A DNA stretch of 60,291 nucleotides, filler included, from Sluysia triapertura (GCA_046118255.1; 5 parts of 5 records of this genome joined end to end with filler, not necessarily neighbours in it); one strand, 5' to 3'; counted from the first letter of the whole stretch, positions 41,315 through 53,867 are shown. A program made the numbers and translations. The notes: generated from the letters alone by a model not told the origin.

Positions 41315-41494
41315 TTTTTCCAATATTTGTAAGAGACTTGCCAAATGATTGGTTAATAATTCCTTCTTTTTAGTCATCGTTTCAAATGCAGCATAGTCAA
41401 CATTTTCTGCTAATTCCAATAATTTATTTAAATCATGCTGTCGAGTATAGATCACATTTTGAATTTTTTTCAATACTTTTATCAAATGGATTAA
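41315..41494 (-). CDS. APP-like gene, E2-domain exon 3
   Basis: Acceptor TATTTCAG, donor GTTAAT. LIHLIKVLKKIQNVIYTRQHDLNKLLE...LLTNHLASLLQILEK parallels the E2 helices ([23 protein letters not shown]...VMTHL). Confidence 0.7.
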
Positions 41495-41899
41495 CTGAAA
41501 TAAAATTAACACATTCATTATTTACAGTCATCAATGCAATAATAAATAATTCAATTCCAATACATCCATTGTATGAGTCATTAATGTAAATAATCTAATT
41601 TTAATAAATTTATAAGATAAACATAACACAGAACAAAAATAATAAAACCACACTGTTTTCTTCTTTAACGAAACGAAGATGATAATGAGTCATTAAATAA
41701 TGAGTCTAACAAAAAGAAAATAACGATCAGCACAAAGTTTCACGTAATTTGGCAAAACATTTCGATTTAAAAACAATTTTGTTTCATACCTGTACAATAC
41801 AAGTCTTAAATATTCGAAATACTAAACATTATTTTACAAGAATTCTGCTCTCCCAAATCATCTTCGATCAATACAATCTGTTTCACAAGTATCGGTTGT

Positions 41900-42925
41900 A
41901 TTTTGAGATTATCCGTGGATAATATTTAGAAAATGCATAATTGTTTAAATAAATACACATCTATTTATTTTAAGAAGTACAATTTTAATTTTATTGATTT
42001 GCCGGTATGTATTGTTTATATTTCTTTATTCTGAAAATACCTTATGATAATTAAAATTTTAATTAAAATTAAATTTTTTTTAATTTTAAATTATTTTAGA
42101 AAAATACCCTATTGCAATGTCAAATAATCGCAAAAGAGTCGTAAAAAACTTCAGTTAATTGAAATGAGTGAAAGGGGTAAATCCACATCGAAACTTTCGG
42201 AAGAATAGGAGTTTGTGCTCAAACAGTTCGCGATATAATTAAGCAAAAAAGAAAGTTGGAGGAGTTTACAAGAGATTATGATAGTAATGCAGGTCCTTCA
42301 ACTAGGAAAAGTTTGAAAATGTCATCATCTGAAGATTTATATATGCTTAAATGGTTTAATCAAAAACGAGCAGTAGGAATGCCAATTACAGGCTCTCTAA
42401 CTACACATAAAGCCGAATTCTTTTTATGATTCATTTGATTAAAAGACGAATTTAACCAAATGTAAGAAATGTCATGGTATCCTGAGCTTTCAATCCAAGG
42501 AGAAATGGATGGAATTTGATTCATCTGATCCAGGATTCCAGATACAGAATGACACGGATATTATTTCAAATCTGATTTCAAATCCAAATGAAAATGAAAG
42601 TGAGTCAGAAAGTGAGGTAGAAGATATTTACCAATCGTATTAGTCACTGACTTCTGTCGATACTTTACTAGAATATGTCAATCAGTGGAGCTTCGACTAT
42701 AACGATGTAATATCTTTAAGAAAAATTACAGATGATATTAAAAAGTCATTGATAAATTCACTTAAACAAACCAAAATTACCGATTCTTTAATACAGCATT
42801 GAATGTATTTTCATTGTTTTTGTATTATACTAGTATTTTTTATTATTTTGCGGATTATCCGTGTTTTTCAATTATCTGTGCCGACCTTCACCATCATTAG
42901 CCCGAATAATCGGGAGTTTACTTTA
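41900..42925 (+). mobile_element. Internally deleted Tigger/Jerky-type (pogo) DNA transposon
   Basis: Broken HTH_psq/CENP-B HTH from 42117: MSNNRKRVV..GKSTSKLSEE*..QTVRDIIKQKRKL..RKSLKMS..LKWFNQKRAVGMPITG. Right end CGGATTATCCG..GAATAATCGGGAGTTTACT-TA. Confidence 0.85.
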
Positions 42926-43039
42926 TATAGAAACACAATTTATGTTACAAGAAATTAACAATACTATTTAATAAAACGTGAATAAACGATTACTTATTTA
43001 TAGTTTATTGTCATCGATCTAAAACTGCACTTAATACGT

Positions 43040-43620
43040 TCAGTGAAGATGGACTTAAAGTATTAGAGTAGCCAGCAAGATCCCCTGACCTCAATTCAAT
43101 TGAAAAGTTATGGTCTCAATTATCCTTTAAGGCAGTGTTCTTCAAAAAGGGGGAAACGCGAGAAATTTCAAAATTATTGTAAAGTATTCATAAGAAAATA
43201 TTCTTTAATTTTTAATACAATTATTCTTTTATTTTATTGATATTAGTATTAGGCAACGAAATAGTAAATTTTTTCTTAATTCAAAAAATAGTTTGAAGAG
43301 TACGTTCTAATATGTTATTCATAAATATATTTTAATTTTTTGGTGTTAAAAAAATTTACATTATTATTTGTATTTTAGTTCAATGAAACTAGTTCAAGGA
43401 AACTAGTATAACAATCTATCTGAGTTAAAAGATGCAATTTGGATGCATGAGAAAAGATTGAAATAAAAAGTGTAAATACAATGATTAATTTGATGACAAA
43501 AATGTGTGTAGAGATATTGAAAAACTCAGGAACATCAATAAAATACTAATTTTGTACAATACGTTGTATAGTCTCTTAAATAAAAAATTTGTACAATGTG
43601 TTCCCTACTTTTGAAACGAA
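43040..43620 (+). mobile_element. Tc1-like transposase 3' remnant interrupted by a ~260-bp insertion
   Basis: LKVLE*PARSPDLNSIEKLWSQL (WPxxSPDLNPIE motif); insertion at ~43130-43385; resumes YNNLSELKDAI..MCVEILKNSGTSIKY*. Confidence 0.8.
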
Positions 43621-45070
43621 ATTTATCAGTGATAATACTGGATATAATGATTGTGATTCATAACTTTACATTTTGATTGGTATTGAAGTTAGTATAAGCC
43701 TATTTTCCTACTTATTCTTCTTATTCCTCAACACAATAGTAAACAAATCTTTGTAACTTAGTATTTGTTTCTGTAAGACAACGATTTTGCTGCATTTTCA
43801 AAAAATTTAAATTAGTATACTTTTTTTAATTTAAAACTAGAATGGTCAATAATGGTCAATAATTATTATATTACAAAAAAAGGAATATCAATGTATATAT
43901 ATTACGAATAATGTTTACATTATAACTTTATATTGTATAAATCTAATTTAGCACAGTTTAGCAAATCGAAACTAAACTGTTATGATTAGTAATGATAAAA
44001 TGGAAATAAAAAGACACGAATTATTTTGCTTATTTCAAATTGTATATTTTTATTTTATTTATAAATAAATTATGAATAAATAATCTTTAAGGTGATATTT
44101 CAGTGAACTCACTTGATTTCTAAAGATAGCACACTTGGCCTCAAATATGATAAGCATATTATTATATTATAATTATTAAAAGAGAATAATTATTTTATTT
44201 TTCAGTGTATTTCTGATGTGCTAATTAATCAAAAATAAAAATTGGATAGCAAAATTCAATAAAAGTATCTTTAATTATAAAATTTCTGAATTTAAATTTA
44301 ATAATGATAATAATAATAATAATAATACTACCATCAATATCAAATATTTCATATGTTGACTTTGAAAGTGATAAACAATATCATATGACATTACATTACC
44401 AGTGTGCTTGTATTGTGCAGGTTGAACAAAATAATTCATTTGAATAAAAGTACAAATTTTCTCAGTTCAAAGCCGTAAGCATTATTGCTGTATTACATAC
44501 ATAAATATAAATGTGAATACAACTTTAATGAGCAATGATCGATGAGCCAATAGATACTTTTCTAAAATTATACTTCTGTCATACTCTCTATTTGCCATTG
44601 TTTAATTATGATTAACACAAACAACTGTTTTTTTACAATTGTACACATTTTAATTAACTATTAAAGTATTATTGCTATACATTATGATACATAACAAACT
44701 CGTGATTCGTGAATCAGTTTTTTTACTTGAATGACAAGGATGTATTTTGATAAACGTACAACCAAATGTAAGGTAGCATGTGACGTTAATTTTACAATAA
44801 AAACTAAATAACTTAGTTATTTCAGTAGCTTAAAAAGTTTAAATGTTCTGAAATTAAGAAAGAAATATATCAAAAATGAATTTAATTTAAGAAGTAAATA
44901 TAAAATACGAAAGACGGGTTGGAATATGCTGTATTTAATTAAACGAAGCACCAACTACATCCTTGCATTGTAAAAATTGTTTAAAAATTCAAATACAATG
45001 ATAAAATATTACAATCTTAATAACGTTATATTTAAAATACCTCTGGTACTTGTTACAAAATCTAACTAAC

Positions 45071-45223
45071 ATCTTTATGTGCAGCAGCATCTTTGAATTT
45101 GACATCTAACACCGACATACGACTTTGGTAAATTAAAGCTAATCTATCGTAATGATACATCAATAATTGCTTTTCATTGTTATGGAACTGCTTCTTTAAA
45201 CTTCGATACAAAAGAATGAAGTT
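45071..45223 (-). CDS. APP-like gene, E2-domain exon 2
   Basis: Acceptor ATTTCAG, donor GTTAGT, 153 nt, phase 0/0. NFILLYRSLKKQFHNNEKQLLMYHYDRLALIYQSR parallels [28 protein letters not shown]. Confidence 0.75.
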
Positions 45224-45327
45224 CTGAAATCATGACAAAAACAATAAATATTTCACGATATTTTCTGTTGCATTCAAAATATTGGTACTTTCATATGTTA
45301 AATTATTACATCAAATTGGATTAAGTA

Positions 45328-45527
45328 TTGTGATTCTCAACTACTGTTCCGCCACTACCTCGTCAGAAAAGTGTGCATTATGTATGACTATTACAGCTTT
45401 AGTTACTAGCTTATAAAACTATATATTGTGTAGTTTATTAGTCGACGGCCACATCAATCAATTAATATCGAATTTATCTTATTGTTATGTTACTGTGTCT
45501 CGTCAAGAAAAATGCTGAGAATCACTT
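45328..45527. mobile_element. hAT/Charlie-like MITE (~200 bp)
   Basis: Inverted ends GTGATTCTCAAC / GCTGAGAATCAC. No clear 8-bp TSD remains. Confidence 0.55.
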
Positions 45528-46809
45528 ATCTAGGGTAAACAAATTTCATTGAGAAAGAACTCTATTTTGATAATAAAATATTTTTCTAATGTTATGGTTA
45601 TAAGACGTAAGTGGTATTGTTGACCGTTTTTTCGATGAGAATATCTAGAAATTATATTTGCTGTTTATGTTTCGAATGAAAAGGAATTAAACCGAGTAGA
45701 TTTTATTGAACATAGAAGAGTATCATTTCTGTGACTTAAAAATGTCATTGTGATTAACAAATGCAAATGATCTTGGTATAATTTAATATATATTGACAGT
45801 TTGATGAACAAACTGTTTATACCTAACTGAAAACCATACGAGAATTTATTTTTCGAGCCATTTTGTTACAATAAAATCTTAATTTAAATTTTATGACTTC
45901 AGAAATGTTGAATTTTTAATTTACGACACAATATTTTCATTAGTAAAATCTTCATAATATAAGTTAAGACTAGTAAAAAATGGTAAGAAATTATTTCAAT
46001 TATTATTCCAAAATTTAATCTAGTACAGATTAAGATTATTATTCGTTTAGATATTAAAGTTATTTCGTTTTCAATTAACTTCAATTAACATTTTCACTTG
46101 AACATTGATGGGAGTATGTTCATTTCCAATTACAACAAAGATATAATAAACAAGATCAAGAATTATAATGTATCGTTGTAATGCACAAAAATGATATGCT
46201 TTAGAATAAAAGGTTTGAACAAAATTTCTCGTTCTACTCGTAATTATTGAATATGTGTAATATTGACGAATCAGCGTAAGAGTAATGATGAAACTTTGGA
46301 TAACTCTATGTCGTTAAATGTAAAGAATTTTGATCATATTTTATAGATCTACGTTCACTTGTAAATTGGTTTACTTTGCTTCCCACTTCTATTTCTAACT
46401 GAGAAATATTGAATTAAATAAATAATGATACACGTTATCAAACACTTTGTAATAGATATTAAGATGTGTAAATTGCATGGTTGAAAAGATTTCAAAAGCA
46501 TCATTTGATTTGTTTAATGAATTTATAATACATAAACATAATGACTTATTGCTACCTCGAATTATGTTAATTAAGACTGATGCATCTAGACATACTGATA
46601 TTGTAATTGTTCGAGATTTACTGAAGATTGTGTGAAGTATAGCATGATATTACGTATGTTATGAGAACTGCAAATGTTTAAAGTTGTAAATGATTGGTAC
46701 TGAATGTTTTATCTTTATCATTGATAAAATTGTCACTCATAGAGTGAACTATGATTATCATTATTATTATGATTATGACATAGTGATTAACAAATAACAA
46801 TTAACAAAC

Positions 46810-47054
46810 ATCTGCTAATTTCTTTCGTTTTATATTGGCTTCTTTTGGTTCAGTTTTTTCCAATTCGTTCAATCGTTTCAATTCTTTATAATAATTTTTA
46901 ATTTCCTCATTTAATCTTTCACGTTCTGAATCTAACAATTTTCTCTTCTCCTGTTCATATACTCTTTGTTCATTTTCTATATTTTCAACAATAGGATTTA
47001 AAAGTAATCGATTTAAATAGCTTAAATTTGATTCTTCCAAATTTGTACTATTTG
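46810..47054 (-). CDS. APP-like gene, E2-domain exon 1 (upstream exons not found)
   Basis: Acceptor ATTTAG, donor GTTTGT. ENEQRVYEQEKRKLLDSERERLNEEIKNY..LEKTEPKEANIKRKKLAD parallels [22 protein letters not shown] and the invertebrate DPKxA segment. Confidence 0.75.
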
Positions 47055-48152
47055 CTAAATAATGATATATTATTATTATTATTAATTATAATAATTTTTA
47101 TAAATTATCCTTAAAATAATTTTAAAAATAATGTTAGTAAGCAATGGTTGAAGAGCCAATCACAAGAGCGGACTCAATAATGCAAGATAACTACACAAAG
47201 AAAAAAAGAAAATGTAATTTTTTAAAAAACATGTACTTGATCGTCTATCGTAGAGAACACCTAACAATGGAATGACCAATATTACTTGCAAGACTTTATT
47301 ATTAACTATATTAAAACGAATTTACTATTTTCTCAATGTAAGCCATTAATTCCACGGTTTATACAAAGTCATAAAGGATACATTATTCATACCAAATATT
47401 TACTTTCATAATGACTTTCAATTTAAAACGCCAATGAGAACTGATATACTCGTTTTATTTTTATTGTATTAAAGTTAAATTGAATTTCATAGAAATATGT
47501 TTGAAATAGTTTCGGTAACAGTGTTTCACCCACATCTACCTATTTAAAACCATCAATAGATTTATCGCAAGCTAGCTGCATTAAGAATAATTACATTTGT
47601 GCATTAATTAGATGAGTTTTTATTGCATAGAAATTTATGTTTCTTAGTTTTGTGTAAGAGATTGTACTGTGTTTCTAGAATGCTTTGTACATGAACTGCA
47701 TTATTATTAATCAAATTTATAAATGTAATGAATATACAATTTAAACAAAATTTATATTGCACAAATTTTTCTTAATCTGATTTTTAATCTGCTTATTACT
47801 AAAATAGTAGCACAAATACAGTCGAATATTCAAATTAGAGATCTGGTAGATTCGGAAACCATATCAATCATCTGTAGAGACCGAATAATATGGGGACTCG
47901 TGATCCTTAACATTAGTGTTATGATTATGATACAGATCATTGACAGTGGCCAACACTATTTTTAATTTCCAATTCAACATTTTGAATGAGTTTTTCACGA
48001 ACACGCATCCAATCAGATTTCTACTCTATTAGGATTTCTGAAACAATTTGGAATTTTTCCCTTATTTTTGTATTTTTATATGGATTCAAAAATGAACATG
48101 GAAGAAAATATTAATTGTATTGTTAAAAAGTGTAAATATCAATTAAGTAAAA

Positions 48153-48252
48153 NNNNNNNNNNNNNNNNNNNNNNNNNNNNNNNNNNNNNNNNNNNNTTAA
48201 TTAATTAANNNNNNNNNNNNNNNNNNNNNNNNNNNNNNNNNNNNNNNNNNNN
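48153..48252. other. Artificial contig spacer N44-TTAATTAATTAA-N44
   Basis: Same linker as the other gaps. Confidence 0.97.
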
Positions 48253-48384
48253 TGTAGAAATAATCCGCTTTACATTTTAAGTAAAATAAAACGTTATTGT
48301 TTAATATCGTTATTGTTTAATATTGTTATTGTTCTTTAAAAAAATAACAAATCTCAGGGATTAGGGCAAATTATGTTCAGTATT

Positions 48385-48675
48385 TATAATAATAATAATA
48401 TTAATAATAATTTATATTGCGCTCATATCTGCTGCAAAGTAAGTACTCAAAAGTGCTTAAAATAAATCATTCACCATAATATTTTTGAAATAGAAAGAAC
48501 TTTGCCTTTTTCTTAAATATTTCATAATCTTCCCTTGTAGCTGTTTGTATATTTTTGAAATATAAACGGTACATAACCTATAATCTAGCTTATTATCATT
48601 GTGGATTCTGTATAGATTCATCTTGGTTTCAAAATTTTTTATTATTTCTAATAGATATTCAGGACTTACATAATA
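48385..48675 (-). mobile_element. Second, 5'-truncated copy of the L2-like LINE 3' end
   Basis: Clear nucleotide match to 34540-34835 (TTATATTGCGCTCATATCT.CTGCAAAGTAAGTACTCAAAA..AAAGAACTTTGCCTTTTTCTTAAATATTTCATAATCTTCC). Confidence 0.9.
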
Positions 48676-48724
48676 TACACAACTCATTTCCATAGACGAT
48701 AATAATAATATTACTGATTTTTAG

Positions 48725-48840
48725 ATGCAGACAATCAGATAGTTATTCGAGATTCGAGAACTCGATATTCATCAGTCAGCAGTACATTATCTCATGAAAT
48801 TGCTGAATTAGTCAAAAGCAACACTGGATCAAATGTTTAA
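48725..48840 (+). CDS. Terminal exon of an unidentified gene ending in a class-I PDZ-binding motif (-SNV*)
   Basis: Acceptor TTTTTTAG, phase 1. xADNQIVIRDSRTRYSSVSSTLSHEIAELVKSNTGSNV*, followed by a T-rich UTR-like region and AATAAA at ~49185. Confidence 0.55.
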
Positions 48841-49522
48841 ATTATTTTATTATTATTATTTTATATTCGATATTTAATTTTGACAAATTTTATTATTTGG
48901 CATTTGTATCTTGTTATTATTAAATATTATTGCTTAATTTTGTATTTATATATGTCTTTTTTGTTATTGGTTTTTTGCTTTATATATTTAATTTTAACTT
49001 AAAAATGAAAAAATGGTTTTTTAAGAATATTTGATATACTGAATGAAAATTATATTAGTAAGGTATTATAAATTTAATTTTTTTAATTTTCTTTAAAAGG
49101 AGAAAGTGTAATATAAGTTGCCTTTGATTACATGTAGTAATATATTTGTTGTGAGAAGATTTTATATTACTTTTTTCTTATTCTAATAAAATTTATTTTG
49201 TTTATTGCTTTATTTATAGTGATTGTTAGGTATAACTTTACTGACAATGTAATATTTTGTCATGTTACGATCACTTGAATTATCAATCTTATTGCGAAAT
49301 AATTTAAAGGCAAAATGTATGTGCTGCATTCTTTTGTCAGAGACGAGCTCTTACAAGAATATGTCTTCATTTCCGGGAAATTAGAACATATTGTAAATGG
49401 ATATACTAAATTGTTATAGTGTTTATAAATAAACGGAGTGCTAAAATTGAATCTAGTGGACTTCAGGCAAATAAACCTAACTCGAATGTTTCTATGTAAC
49501 ATTTCATCTCTTACCTTAGTAT

Positions 49523-50450
49523 TGTTGGGATTGTCCAACTGTGGACAAGACGTGAGTAAGGAAGAAGTGGAGAATTAAAAAATATAGGATAAACTTGTAT
49601 AAAATGATGCTAAGGTATGATGAAACATTGGAGCAAGAATGATGAAGACAAAAACATCTATAGTCATTTTGGAATTGAAGAATACATTGGAGTTGCAAGA
49701 CCTTTGTAAGGTATTGAGACCATTAGAAGAGCTTAAGAATGATCAGGAGAACGTTTTTAAAGCATTGAAATACCTTGGACTTAATATCCTTGAGACTATT
49801 TGTTTGGTAATTTTGATACCTTCATTGGTGTTTCAGACCTTTAAGTGATAATCAGGAGATAAAATAATTGTTGCTAATGTTGAAACAGGCCTAAAAAGTG
49901 CCATTTCGGATAATGGTAGTATAATTGAATATAAAATAAAACGGCACAGCAGTAAAGTAAGATGGACCGGGTTTGAATCCCGGTCAGTTAATTTAATGAA
50001 GTCTAACACTAAATATCCACGATAAACTTGATGTATTAATAAAGAAGTAGAACGGTGAATGTAAAAATATCTAGAACATTCTGAGTGCCTTATGAAGTAC
50101 TAAACAACTTTAAAACCTTAATGAAACATTTAAATATAAAGTGAGATTAAGTCAAAAAATTAGTTAAAGTCTTAACTAATAAAAGTAAATTTTTTGTTAA
50201 TAATGTTTGAATGCGGAATGTAATTATGTATGTATTTGTTTTAAAAAAATCGTTTGATAAATATATGGTCTGACCGAGTTCATGCAAGAAAAGCCTTAAT
50301 ATTGAGCACAATTAAATGACAATTTATTTTTATTCATAGAATGCTGAATTTTTTATATTTAGAGTGATGAAAAAAATGTTTTGAGTATTGGATGATTGGT
50401 ATAGAAGGTAGAATCTAGAAATAAATTTGAAATATTTGTAAAATGGTTTG
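49523..50450 (+). repeat. Long LTR-like repeat, copy A
   Basis: Starts TGTTGGGATTGTCCAAC and aligns collinearly with the reverse complement of ~52800-53867 (for example TGTATTTGTTTTAAAAA..ATGGTCTGAC.GAGTTCATGCAAG.AA.CCTTAATA). Confidence 0.8.
49878..50008 (+). mobile_element. tRNA-cassette TG...CA element (copy 2) with 4-bp TSD CTAA
   Basis: CTAA|TGTTGAAACAGGCCTAAAAAGTGCCA...CCGGGTTTGAATCCCGGTCAGT...GAAGTCTAACA|CTAA. Absent from the homologous host repeat copy B. Confidence 0.75.
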
Positions 50451-50843
50451 TTTGAGAATGTAAACCTTTCCATTAGAACATTTGGTGTGAAATAACGAAG
50501 AATCAATTGAATTCTGAAAACTAAAGTTAAATTCATTATTTTTGTATGTGTTAAGAATATTAATGATTGTTAATTTAATGTGAGAAGTAATTTAGGTAAA
50601 AATATATCGAGTAGCGCAGAAAAAAATAATGATCGTTAATCAATTTTGTGTCTTGAACCTAATAATGTTTGATAGACCGTACCACACAATTGTCAAAACT
50701 GTTACTATCAATTTAATTCTTAAAGAAGGCTCAGTTGATTTGTAAAAGAGAATGTTTGTAAAACTAAATAATGATTGGAAAATGATAAAGTATAAAATGA
50801 AGTACTTAAAAAGTCAAAAAATAATATGCAGATTATATAAATT

Positions 50844-50920
50844 CGTTGGGATTAGTGAAGGATAAAGGTAGATATAAGGGTCAGGACTCATTACAACAGA
50901 ATATGGTGAATGTTATTAAA
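50844..50920 (+). repeat. Start of a related LTR-like repeat (extent beyond 50920 not determined)
   Basis: Matches 36342-36415 (-) and shares the (T/C)GTTGGGATT terminus with copies A and B. Confidence 0.65.
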
Positions 50921-51299
50921 GAATTAAGATAAGGAATTATGATGAATTATAATGGTAAAATAAGCACCTAAAATACTTGATTTAAAACAAAATAATGAGA
51001 AATATGAAGAAATAGCCATTTACAAGGCTTTATTTGTTAAAATATTAAAATACATATGTTAATTAACTTAATTAAAATTTGATTAATTTGATAACTCAAT
51101 AAAAATGTTTGTTCATGATATAATGGTATTAGATTTAGTTTATAATTATGATTTTAAAGATTGATTAGATGATATTGAAATGATAAGGGGAATGTTTGCC
51201 ACAAATACCATTATCTTTGGATAATTAAGATGTTAATGAGGTTGAAAATAGACAGAAATTGCTGTATAACTTTAGTCAGGAAAATTGGTCGGCTTATTA

Positions 51300-52420
51300 C
51301 CGACTAAAGGAGAATAGGCAGTTTTAATTTCTGTCTTGTTCAATTTCTAATTTTTACTTTCCCAAATCATCATAAAACAGATATATAAAAAGTTACATTT
51401 TTGCATAAAATTAGAAGGAAAAACGACAAAGACAAAAGGTAAGCAATAAAAGAAAACTTTTTAGCTATAGGAACGCTGCTTCAGTTCATCAGTGGATAAC
51501 GGTGAAACTGAAGTTATTTCTTTAGCAATCAGCTAAAATAAAATATGAACAAGGGTTAGTAACGTGTTCATTATTGATTACATTTTGTATTAATACGGAC
51601 GTCAACATTTATTTTAGATAAGTTGTGTCACCTCTGGTTGTGATTTTGTTATAAAAAATAATTTGTATTGTTGTTATAAAGAATGTTTTAGTTGTAATCT
51701 TGTGACAATATAGAGAATATATCGAGATTTTGAATTTATTTAGTTGTGGGTATAATGATTAAATTAAGACTTTTATTTACCGAAAATTTTAATTTTATTT
51801 CAAAATATCTATTATGAAATAAGGTCAATTCAAAATAATTGTGTATACATTTATTTATAAAACTAAATAACATCAAACATTTTAAATTAAATTGTTTATT
51901 GGATGTATGCTTCAAACCGAATTGGGGACATGCTGTCGCATTTCTGTCGTAGTTCTGAAACAAAAATCAAACGTATAAGTTCATTCCATCAAATTAAAAT
52001 TAAGATTTACCTTAAAATAGTCATTACCAATAAAACAGCTTTCCACATTTACCTTGTATAAACTCGATAATATACTAATAATTTGTTTACAACAAAGCTT
52101 GACCATCCTGGCTTTTGTCATTGCACCGTCGTCGTCTGTGTCGGTTTCAATATTCACTCTTACTAACGTTTGACCATAAAAGACAACTGTAATTTTAATA
52201 ATCAGAATCGTTTCCATGAGAAGTACTTAGGTAACCTAATGCTTCATACTTTAGAAACTGTGACATTACAACGTTGATCATTTTGCCGATTACTGAAGTT
52301 ACTCGACTAAGTTCTGAGAAATCCACTACTGGAGTACTAATATTTTCTCCGATGCTATGTTTGAATTCATTCATTATTATTTCGACCCATATTCTATGTT
52401 TTACATTTAGATGTAAGTTT
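51300..52420 (-). pseudogene. Decayed paralogue of the 10529-11719 ORF
   Basis: ILSSLYKVNVESCFIGNDYFKVNLNFNLME*TYTFDF aligns without gaps to ITRKVILRNVEDTKAKEQYFMWKIPLDTLSKMFTFDF (NVE-x7-YF-x13-TFDF). Stops and frameshifts present; boundaries approximate. Confidence 0.6.
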
Positions 52421-52799
52421 TGTTGAAATAAACAGTGATGTTGTTTTGTAATTTCTGATTATCTGATTAGCAAAAAAATTTAATAAAACATTTGACAGGG
52501 ATCTTCCCAAAACATTTATCAATTTATTTGAATTTATCAATATCTAGAAAAGTTAAAATTAAAATTACTTAAAATTGAAAATGTTTCAAATCAAAAATGA
52601 TAACCCCAAAAATCAAATTTATTTATTAATAACTTTAAAACTATTATGATTTCTTATTATTACAAAATTACTATTATTAAGCCAACTAAATATTTTCCTT
52701 AAAAAACTTATTTATTTTATTTTATTTAAAATAATAAAATACCAAAAAGCATTACCATATCATAGATCTTCTCCTATTCGATCCCTGTGCAATTGTGTG

Positions 52800-53867
52800 A
52801 TTGTGTTGTAAAATTTTAAAATTTTTTATTTTATACTCTCTCATTATCCAATCAATCCCAAATCTCAAAATCAAACACTTTCTCACACAAATCATCAGAA
52901 CCTCTTTGAAAACACTCTGTCAAACTTCATTAGGTACAAAATTTGGTTTAATTTATCTATCTAGTAGTTGGATTTTAAAAGTAAACAAGTGTAGGAGGTC
53001 AAATTGTGCTCTTAAGATTTCAATGTAATTAAATCACTTTTATTAGTTCAGAGAATTTTTTATGAAGAAATCCCTTTCAAAATAGACTTAAATTAATTAA
53101 AATATTATTAGTTATATACATTCCATAATTAAAAATTAATTAAAATTTACTCAGTATTAAGGGTTTCCTTGCATGAACTCAGTCAGACCATAATTTCATC
53201 GAAAGTTCTTTTTAAAACAAATACATACACTTTTTCAAATTTAACATAGCATTCCACATTCAAAAGTTATTCAAAAAACGTACTTTTTCTTAATTAAGTT
53301 AATTAAGATTTTAATTAATTTAACTATTTTTAGACTTAATCTTATTTTAAGTTTTATTAAGGTCGTACAGTTATTTAGTAGTTAATAGGGCATTCAGGAG
53401 CCTCTAGATGTTTTCACCTTCACCTCTCTGATTCCTTTTACTATTTCTTCATGATACTAGATTTATTCTGAATACCAATAACAATGATTTAATTTCTAAA
53501 CTATTTTAGAGATTTTAAACACATTACAAGATTACTCGAAGGTCTTAGATGCTTATCAAGGTTTCAGGAATACTTAAAGCTTAATAAGTCTCAGGTGATC
53601 TCAAGGTTTACAAGATCAAAAGTACTCTAATGACTTCAAAAGGCTACCAAGTCCACTTCAAGCTTCTACAAGATCTCAGCACAAGGTCTTTGGAACTCGA
53701 AGGTATTCCTTAGCTATTAACATTATTATAGATTTTTTACTTTCATGATTCTTATTCCGACAATGTTTATAATGTTCAACCCATCATTTTGTATCAATTT
53801 TTCCTTTATTTTATAGTTCTACGAGTTTCTCACATATCCCCTAAACCACCGTTGGACAATCCCAACG
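52800..53867 (-). repeat. Long LTR-like repeat, copy B (inverted relative to A)
   Basis: On the minus strand it starts CGTTGGGATTGTCCAAC. Similarity to A is clear over 53150-53867 and weaker to ~52800. Confidence 0.8.

Noticed and set aside
47480-48040. Candidate APP copper-binding-domain exon or hAT fragment upstream of the E2 exons
   Set aside because: Frames following the acceptor-like sites contain stops, and motif resemblance is marginal.
49516-50536. Short ORFs inside the LTR-like repeat
   Set aside because: No corresponding ORFs appear in the homologous copy B and no motifs are recognisable.
51736-52217. Cys-containing ORFs with an apparent 56-nt GT-AG intron as APP signal peptide/E1 exons
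   Set aside because: They lie beyond an artificial join, lack the E1 cysteine pattern, and the unspliced frame aligns to the 10.5-kb orphan ORF straight through the supposed intron (TFDF motif).
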